From the NCBI RefSeq assembly GCF_006345805.1, contig NC_042998.1, forward strand, positions 127,596,001-127,660,000: a stretch of 64,000 nt of DNA, read 5' to 3'. This DNA comes from Octopus sinensis. Taxonomy: Eukaryota. The notes beneath the pieces are model-generated. The model was not told where the DNA came from and ran no database searches. It worked only from the letters and a program-made list of their open reading frames with translations. Shown in pieces: positions 54,256 to 64,000 of this stretch (position 1 is the stretch's first letter; every line of letters starts with the position of its first letter). The translations under genes were made by a program, and so were the position numbers.

Positions 54256-56955
54256 ACACACACACGCACACATACATACACACACATATATTTATATATT
54301 CATTTAATCAGTTTGAGTCATTTTATAACTATATCTAAATATATCGTAGGATCCCCTTTTCTCCCTTCAATAATTTTTTGCATATTAATTTTACTTCCCT
54401 TTTTAATTCCCAGACCAAAATGTCTTTCATTTTCTCTTTTCTCTATGTTACTATTCTTTATTGCTCCTCTTAAAAAAAAGACAAAATGTAACATTACAAA
54501 ATGTAAATCAAACTACCAACCTCCTAGATGTATCATTTATATTTTGAAGTTGTGAATTGCCATATGTGCTAGATCATTGCATAGGATTTCTCGCAGTATA
54601 TTTCAACTCCCGAGTTTCCCTTTCATCCTTCAGAGATCGATCAAAAACTGTATTCAGTTCTAAGTGGGGAAATTGATAGCGAGTCGGATGATATATATTG
54701 TAATATCTGTTTCGGCCCTTTTAGCTCTAACATCAGTGACTGCTACGAGAACGTTACCCAGCTGTATGGTGCCAAGTCAATGGCTTTCCATTGGATAACA
54801 TTGCCTATATATAAAAGAAGCCAAAGACAACTGAATTAATAAACTAAAATGGTACAGAATCACATTAAGTATGAAGCACAGTGCTAGAATCTATACCTAA
54901 TACTCTGCGTATATCATTGTAATGATAAAGGCGTCACTAAAATCCCTCCAAAACATTCACTCTACTTCTGGTATTACTTTATGTCAGAGATTGTTCAAAG
55001 TAATAAGTGATTCTTAGACATACTTCGCTCCATGATTCTAAATGTTTCTAAATGAAAGAATCCATACAATTTTGTTTCCTTTCCTATCAATTCATTTATC
55101 CGTCTGTGTTTTCCATGTATTTTTCTCTACATTTCTTACTTCCCTTCCCCACGTCAATTTCATACATAACTCGCTCTGTAATTCCTCAACAACTTCTTTA
55201 GTTTAAACTTCAATGATATAGATGTTTCGTTGATTGAAAGTAATTCAGCTTGAACACTTTAAATACATAAATACACACAGACAGAAAGACAGATAGACAC
55301 ACACACACACAAACACACGTGTTCCTTAAATATACACATACGTGCATATACATGCAAACACACAATATACATGTGTGTGAGGTTGAAAATAAACATTGTC
55401 ACATGAGTAAAATATGGTGAGAGATTTTGTTTTTCTTGTCTTTGAATTGTTGCAATGGATTTATTACTTGATTCGTGTTTCTTTCAAGTTGTAGTTAAAT
55501 ATTCAGATTGTTTATGTTATACTGATCTTCTAAAGGATTACTGGACGGTAATGAGTCAAAGTTATCTTTAATGAAGTAGTATTGACAAAAGATCAGCTAC
55601 ATATTTAAAGAATCAAGCGAATAAATAGATGTATACTTTGATGAAGACATTTGTCACAGATTAGTTAGTAGGTATGTGATGACTAGTTGGACTATAATTA
55701 TTGCTTGTGATGTTAGCAAAATCAAAGAAAGTAAAGTAACTACTAACGACTGATTACCACTAATAGAAAATCAAATGAAAATACTAATTATATGGATGTG
55801 AGACGTAAGAGAACCACCCGGGAGCTATCCATAACGAACAGATTGGATAATTATGTGACGGATAACTGATGAAACTGTTATAATCTGTATTATGTTTCCC
55901 ATGGAATTTTAGTTTTGAATTCTGATGATTTCCTAATTAGAGTCTAAATGTGTTTCAAGTGTTTATTTAAAGAATTGTACGGAGACGATGCCTTGCGTCA
56001 AACACAACTCCGTTGGTGACTGAATTTGTATATTTGATGTACTTATAAATTACACCGAAAATAATAAGTACTTCATCTGTATGGATTTCTCGCTCTGTGA
56101 AATGATCTGTAACCTTATACACGTATTTCTCATTAAGGACGCTTTCACGAAGCTAGTGCAAAACCGTGTCATGGCAGAAGTGGCAAGCTAATCACAGTGT
56201 TCAATTTCATTTTATTTATTTATTTTTGTTGTTTTTTTTTAGTTCAGCTCCAACGGGATCGCGTTTCGCATTATTTCAATTTTGAGGAAATAAATACCAG
56301 GCATCTACTGAAATAAATTCAATTGATTAAACACATCACCTTAAACATTGTGACATCTTGCTAAATATCATTTAACTGAAGATGTGCAATGGTTAGCACT
56401 ACTGAGGTTCTTAGCTTATGGTAGTTTCTTCCTTTTTCATAGACGAATCTAATTACAGAACGTCGACAAGGCAGTTATTCCAAAATCAAACTGACTGGTT
56501 ACTTAAGCCAGCTTCATGGCACGAAAATAGCCGGATGGTGGCCAACGCCAGATCACCATTAGTTATTAGCCTCCTTAACCAGCGATAAAACAACAACAGC
56601 AACAACAAAATACCCGAAACATAAGTAAGTGAACAAACTATTCGTGCCTGTGATATCTTTGCTGTAGTTTCATTGATCGGAGAATAAAATGTTAACCCGT
56701 TTTAAGGGTTGGGAGTAGTTTTTAGTCCCAAGATAAATTCTGTTTTGGCAAATTAATCATCTAAAAAGCACTCAGACCATTATCATCTATTTTAATGTGT
56801 CCTTCCTATATTAAGTCGGTTAGGTATTTGTCTACTATTCCTAACAGAACGAGCCACCATCGCTGTGAGATTTAGTCGGACAATAGACTTTGTAAATGTT
56901 CCAGCTTGGGCAAAAGTGATTGCTAATCTTTATCGGATGAGTTGATTGGAAATTG

Positions 56956-57119
56956 ATATTTCCACGGCTAGAATGCCTTTGCATACAGGGCTGCTTATCG
57001 GAACCCAGTTGGAGCTAAACTGCAACTAATGTAGTATTAAATACTAAATTAGTTGCAGTTTAGCTTAAACTGGGTTCCGATAAGTAGCCCTGTATGCAAA
57101 GGCATTCTAGTGGAAATAT
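56956..57119. repeat. 164-bp near-perfect palindrome
   Basis: 56968-57030 pairs with 57048-57110 (3 mismatches); the centre tagtattaaatacta is itself self-complementary; outer atatttcca/tggaaatat also pair. Confidence 0.93.
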
Positions 57120-58213
57120 AATTTATCCATACATACAGTATCCTGGACAGTATTACCCAATGTGTTCTCTTCCAAAGTAGTAGGGTATGATTCTTGAGAT
57201 CTCATTATTATATCTAACGAGCTGACCAACCATATACAAGTTCCCAGGTTAGCTTGTTATAGCAATTGTGCTTAATTTTGTTGTTTACCCACATATCAGA
57301 TATGGTTGAGCAAACTTAGGATCAGAAACGTTTTAGCTGTGACCAATAATATTTTCCTTCAGACATAATACGTCCACAACAATATTTTCTGGTGCGTTAT
57401 TCCCTTTTCATGGTAGTTGAATGTGATTTTAGCAGCTACTTCTAACTGGATAAGCGTCTTCAAAGTGACTCCCTCATTAGTATAGAGTATTGTAATGATT
57501 AGTGCAGTTGACTCGTAGCAGTAAATATATATTTCAGATTTGAAACATGTTTTAGTAAGAGTGATAGCCATTAATACTGTCACACAAGTACTACTGTTTA
57601 GCTCCCGATAGCTCTAATTGAGTAGATCTATGATTAATTGCATTCAATTCATGATCACCGAGATATTTTAGCTTTAGGCATAGTATATCTGAGGCTACGA
57701 GATCCAATGTGTCTTGACTTCTTTTGTTTAAGATCGAAGGGTGTGGCTTGAGACGGAGAGAGGGATGTAGGAAACAGAGAGACAAATAAATAGAGAGAAG
57801 GAGAAAGAGTGGGAGGGTCAGAAGGAGAGACAGAGGTTTGTCTGCTATATCAAGCAGGTCAAACAACCGTAGAGAGGCTAAATCGATTGCTGTTGTTTTG
57901 TGAATGAATTGTGCTAGCAACCGAAAGACAACAAGTGATGAATGTCTACCGCTTCCATTTTCACAATAATTCTTTTATGGCTTTTCCTTGATTACCAGTT
58001 GGTAGTTTGATAGTGGAACCCATAGAACGATATCCATAAACCTGTTATCAACCACCTGGCAGTAGTTGATTATGACTGATTGTATTTTATTATCTATACC
58101 ATTACACGGCTCTTTCTTATCATACATTTCCTCACTATTTCCGTTCTACGCTGGTTTGTCATTTCGTGTCATCCGCTGTTTATATTATCTTTGATTGTGT
58201 TTTATTATTATTA

Positions 58214-58276
<63 letters not shown>

Positions 58277-59013
58277 CGTTATTATTATTATTATTATTAT
58301 ATTATTATTATTATTATTATTATTATATTATTATTATTATTATTATTATTATATCATTATCATAGGTAGTGGTAGTTGTTGTTGTTGTTGCCGTTGTTGT
58401 TGTTGTGGTGGTGGGGGTGTTTTTATTATGTTTTTAAATATCGCACGCATACAGAACAATTACTCTAATTTTGGTGTAGCTAGAATTTTTACGTGCAATA
58501 GACCACTTTGAATTAATCCTTTATATTGTTATCTGGAACTAACAATAAACCTTCTTAAATGTACTTATTTAATTTAAATGTCATATATGCTTTCACATAT
58601 TTAGTCTGAGAGAACAAATCTTTACACTGACTACCAAGCTGAAAATTTAACAAACATACGTCCTATACGATAGCTTGACATGGATGACATCTGCCAGACC
58701 AGAGACAAAGTCAAATGCCTTTCGCATGAGCTTTGCAAGCAAAATCTTGCACATCACATGAAGAGACAGTATTACTACCTCTGAGATCCTTCATAGTACA
58801 GAATTTAAAATTAAATATGCAGTGTTCAACGATTCCGAAGAAGGGCATAAGAAATATTGGGTAATTTGCGGGATACTTGGAAGATCTATCGATGACCGTC
58901 TTCGCTTCATACATTACGATACAGTGAATATATATATATACAGAGTGGATATACGTGAAAAGCATCCGGCAGAGTCAACCTGGGATACCTGACCGATGTG
59001 TATGCGGTCAACA

Positions 59014-59077
59014 CTCTGCATTTCGGGAGTCTCTGCATTTCGGGAGTCTCTGCATTTCGGGAGTCATTTCGGGAGAC
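59014..59077. repeat. 17-bp minisatellite ctctgcatttcgggagt x3 plus partial copy
   Basis: Directly visible. Confidence 0.95.
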
Positions 59078-59869
59078 TATTACATTTTATATATTTGTTC
59101 AGGTGGTGACCGTCTGACTTAGGGTTGTGATTTCAGTGAAGAGCAGAGATGAATTGGGAAGATTGCATACCACATCCCGTTGTCCAAATATTTCAAAACG
59201 TTTCTGGATCTATTATAGAAGTGACTGATGCAGTTAAGGGTAGACCCGTACATGTCATATGATACTTTTAATAATTTTGTTACGTTTCACTCAGTAGTCA
59301 ATAATAAAGTCCAATCGATATCTAAACGTAATGAAAGGCGGGTAAAAGTGGCAAATTTGGCATCGATAAAGGGAATAGTCTTTCACTTTCGTATTGTTTT
59401 GAAAAGAGACGTCACGTTGTTGGCAAGAAATGTAGTCGACGTTTATAAATGTTCTTTGAAGGAAGTATATTCTACGTATATATTTGCTACTAAACTCATG
59501 TTAATATAGCGAAAGATACTATTAGTGAAACTCCGGAATGATGCTCCACATTTTCTTTGTAAACATATATTTGATACTCTACTAGAGTATATTGATGTGT
59601 TCTCCAGTAAATGTTGGCTGTTTTTATGCATTAAAACACATACACACAAATATATGTGTGTGTATATGCATGTATATACATGTGTATGTAAATATACATA
59701 TATATCGGAGTAAGCACATAACTGTGAAACAAGGTGGAAAAAAGAGTACTCAAATACCAGACGTAGAGTAATATGCTTTATTTAAAAGTAGCAGCAATAT
59801 AACAAAAATTCTGAGTAACAGCTTTTGTTATATTTCTGCTGCTTTTAAATAAAGTGTATACATACATAC

Positions 59870-59911
<42 letters not shown>

Positions 59912-60152
59912 CCTGTCCTGTTTTTCTCCGTTTTTCCGTCCTTGTTTTCGTATACATTCGCTGCTCTCGTGCAAGGAATCTAGGGATCCTAGCTCAGTTT
60001 TTCCGTGGGTTTGTCCAGACTGGAGCAATCTCGAGTATAACCAGCCGAAATTGCAAAGCTAATCTGGAACTCGAGGAAAGAAAACTCCGAATGACCCGTC
60101 CTTGTTTTCTTTGTATCGTCCTTCTGGATGTGTTGCGTTCTTATCCCATTTT

Positions 60153-60200
<48 letters not shown>

Positions 60201-61596
60201 CATGTGCCTAGATAGAGAGATAGAGTGATAGATTGACAGGCAGAGTGCCAGACAAATGGGCTTTGACATGCCTAAAAATGTCCCAAACGCACCGCCGCTC
60301 AATCACTTTCACGAGATACAGGGCTTGCTTTGGGAATTTCTAGACACACCAGACCTCATCTCTCTCCAGGCATTACTAGACACGATTCTTACAGAAAACA
60401 TTAAAAAATAACAGAAAGAGAGAGTTAAAACAGAAGTATCAACCACAGTACGTAACTGTTACAATATTTATCAACTCTTTTCAGAGTTGATAAGTATGAA
60501 TATGTTTACCTTAGACGTTAATAATTACACATGAGACAATTATGCACGTAAAAGAAAAAGGTCCTATTGACCGGTTTTATGTTTTTAAACTACAAAATGA
60601 ACGAATGCCATTTGTATGTGAGATTGAGTTTATGCATGTGTGTGCATAATGGAAGTATATCTATACGTGTCCTATTTGTTGCTGTAAAACCATGATACAT
60701 TTTCAATGCGTGTGTGTGTGTGTGTGTGTGCGTGCGTGCGTGTGTGTGTCCGCGCGCGCGTGGGTGGGTGTGTGTGTTGGTCTTCCTTTCTAGCCGAGGA
60801 CCCCGTTCAGCGAAGTTAAGTACAACTTCTATGAATGCCCAAATTGGAAAATAATTTCTTTATAATTTATTTAATCATTAACTGATTTTGCATTTTTTAC
60901 ACGTTCAGTGTCGAAAATGATATTCCAATGTAGCGTGTAACGATTATTTACAATGACAACAACTGTTTAGCGCTTGTGTTCGCCGTATTTTAATTCTTTT
61001 ATCTATTTGGAATCTAAAAAAGATTCGCCTGGTGTATATCTATCTCAACTGCTACGTCTAGTAAAATCGATGGGGCCTATGGTGAAGGCCGCATCTGAAC
61101 CGCGAGATCTATGTGGTTTGTATTCAAAACAAAGTGATATTGATTACACTATAGACGTCAAACTGTCTGTTTGTCTGTCTGTCTGTCTGCCAAACTGAAT
61201 ATATTTCTTCACTCTGCAGTAGATTAATGCATAACAGTCAGGGAACCCTTCCCTAAAACATCTTTTATTGTAGGCAATTTGATGCACTTTGATGTAGGTA
61301 AAGAAATACAGTCCCAGATTTAAAGTTATCAGATTCTCATTGAAAAAGTTTTTTTTTTTCTTTCAGCCATTGCACTGCATCTATACCAAGTCCAGTAAGT
61401 TCACCGTCATCAATTTACCTCACGGAAAGTTCACTGTTATCAACTCACCGCAGGGAAAGTTTACGGAGAGATAAGTTCACAGTAAAAGAATTTTTTAAAA
61501 AACTTATTTTCGAAATCTTAAGTTCACGGTCAACTTTCTTCACAGTGAATTGATGACGGTGAATTATCCTGTGATATGCGAGTATAATTGTGTGTC

Positions 61597-61647
<51 letters not shown>

Positions 61648-61699
61648 GAGAGAAAGAGAGAGAGAGAGAGAGTGGGGGAGAGACATCGCACATTTCCGT

Positions 61700-61838
61700 C
61701 AACCAAACTCACTCAAAAGGCATTTGTTGACTAGGGTCTTTAGTTGAAGAAACTTAGCCAAGTGCCACGTGGTGAGACTGATCCTGAAACCTCGTAGTTG
61801 CGAAGCGATTTTCTAACCACACAGCTACACCTGTGCCT
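61700..61838 (-). mobile_element. tRNA-derived SINE 5' fragment
   Basis: Minus strand aggcacaggtgtagctgtgtggttagaaaatcgcttcgcaactacgaggtttcagg resembles a decayed tRNA head. Confidence 0.6.
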
Positions 61839-63502
61839 CATTACGTAATCTTTTTTGTTACATCGCCTCATAACATAAGGAAAAGAAGTATATAAATAGT
61901 ACTGCAATTTATGTTAAACTGCAACCTGCCATATTGTAATCCATCTCAGACCAAAGAATTTACATAGTCTTCTGAAACTACCATTATTCAAGGAGTCTTA
62001 GCTTTAGAATTTTGTATAATTAATCTTACTACCGTTAGATAAAGTAATATAGAGTTCAGGGGATGTTGGCTCTGGAAAAAGATCCATTTTTCTTGGTGAT
62101 ACTGTTATTGTGTTTGCTGTCTTTTAGCTTTTTAACACTTAACAAAACTAGTGTAGATGATGATCTTGTCACTATTCTTATTCATGTTATTGGTATTTTA
62201 ATTATTGCTTCTGTGAGTGATGACATTGCTGTTCATTCAGCTTTTATTTATTCTGCTGCTATTTGGTTTCATTACATATTTTGGCTATTTTATGATTGCT
62301 GCTCCTATTGTTCGTGCTGCTAGAACTGCTTTTACTACCGCTGTAGTTTTTTTGTTTTTTTTTGCTTTTATCACTATTGTTGTTGAAGGTTTTGCTGCCG
62401 CGAACCACCACTATGCTTTACGGCATAATATTATCACACATGTTGGTAATTTATGTGTTTATAACATTTTTTTCAGAATGTTTTCGAAAAATCTATATCT
62501 TCTTTTACGAGAGAATAATTTTCCATTTCCTTTAGAAAGCCGATGGGAAAAGACATTGCATTCTTAGCGTCGAAACCACTTCTATTAGGCTCACCGCCTA
62601 TTTCACATTCTTCTCCAAGTGTTAACACTAACGTTGGCATGTACAAAAATTCTATCAGCTTGCCAAGACAAGCGAGAAAGAAGCATATATATCTGTCTCC
62701 TTCCTGATTCAGCCCCACCGAAAAAAAAAGGAAAGAAAAGAAAATATGCTAATCAATTCAACTTCAGTCATTGAAACTGAAGTTAGAAAACAGTATTCTT
62801 TGAATCTGATGTCTAGAAATACAGAAAATAGAGAGTCAAAACTCTTTCACTAGAAATATGCTAGTATTCGACGGAATTTAGGAAAATATTAACAAACGCT
62901 CGGAGACTAGCTCTCAACTGTCGGTAGTAAAACCAAAAAGCTATAAATGAGCATGGGATGAGTTCGTTCCTACATTATGAATTATTGTAAGCATAAACTT
63001 AAATTATAAACAGGAAACTATTACATTCTCGTGTAAAATTTCGAGAGGACTTAAAGGTAACTTTGAATATAAAAAGACTAGCTCATCTAAGAAGACTCTT
63101 TCACAGAGAATAGAAATTTATCACATATCAGAGAGGAAAGCTTAAAAGAAACGAAGAAAACGTAACGGAAACACGAACAATGAACCCAAACCAAACAACG
63201 AGAATAAAGTCATTAAGCCACGAAAAAATAATAAGCATATAGAAAACTGACAATGTAACAAAATGTAATATAACTGAGCCCTGAAGCATCTACAGACTAT
63301 TGTTCATCATCAGGCGAACCATAACAACAGAAAAAGAACATGATTAGGAGATATTGAAAAATACTTAACAATAGAAAATATAAAATATGGAAATTAATAA
63401 AATAATACTAATCTAAAAATATACTTTTAGAAATACATGTAAATAAAATTTTACATGCTCACATATACATGTAAACTATACATACATACACACACACACA
63501 CA

Positions 63503-63645
<143 letters not shown>

Positions 63646-64000
63646 TGTATATATAGAGAGATAGAGAGATAGAGAGATAAATAGATAGATACATACATAC
63701 TAACATACATACATATATACATACATAGATATATACATACATACATACATACATACATACATACATACATACATACATACATACATACATACATACATAC
63801 ATACATGCATAAATAGTGAGAGAGACTGAGACTTTCGATATTTTGCTTTTACTTTTCAACCCACACTCTAAATTATCGTACGATTCAATTAAAACACCAT
63901 TTAATTAACGTTGATATTTTAAGGAATTAAGCACGTGACCACTACTTTAATGAAGCTTCCAGTTATGTTTCAACTTTCCTGTGTAATATGGTGTTTAAGC

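Noticed and set aside
57031-57047. TAGTATTAA at the palindrome apex resembling the circovirus origin nonamer TAGTATTAC
   Set aside because: One mismatch, the motif is base-paired rather than in a loop, and there is no Rep or capsid ORF nearby.
58765-58958. Stop-free Met-less plus-strand frame (FKIKYAVFNDSEEGHKKYWVICG...) as a candidate exon; similar cases near 32430-32520, 33850-33970 and 60240-60410
   Set aside because: No recognisable homology and weak splice signals; frames of this length occur by chance. RNA-seq or tBLASTx would be decisive.
59014-59077. CRISPR-like repeats
   Set aside because: Direct tandem copies without spacers, eukaryotic context and no cas genes.

Overview
AT-rich, microsatellite-dense eukaryotic DNA. 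The SINE, LINE and Penelope repeats resemble what I recall from octopus genomes (inference, not a database match). I can support no host protein-coding gene, rRNA, true tRNA gene or CRISPR array; nearly all ORF-track hits are translated microsatellites. Recognisable content: (1) a nest of R4/Dong-clade non-LTR retrotransposons stacked in (ATT)n at 16.5-20.3 kb, including a 1.9-kb 5'-truncated copy with an open RT-CCHC-RLE frame, and a decayed second nest at 49.8-52.9 kb; (2) Penelope-like RT/GIY-YIG fossils at about 43 and 46-47 kb; (3) mariner, Tc1, Helitron-like and probable Crypton-like DNA elements and many tRNA-derived SINEs. The most notable signal is a set of type I hammerhead ribozyme folds. 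Three unrelated non-coding inserts in (TA)n (12.7-13.0, 29.3-31.0 and 47.9-48.9 kb) share one architecture: a 5' inverted segment followed by a hammerhead-bearing unit, tandemly repeated in two cases (487-488 bp and 536 bp units). This suggests non-autonomous, retrozyme-like elements mobilised by Penelope machinery. Folds were read by eye and none has been tested.
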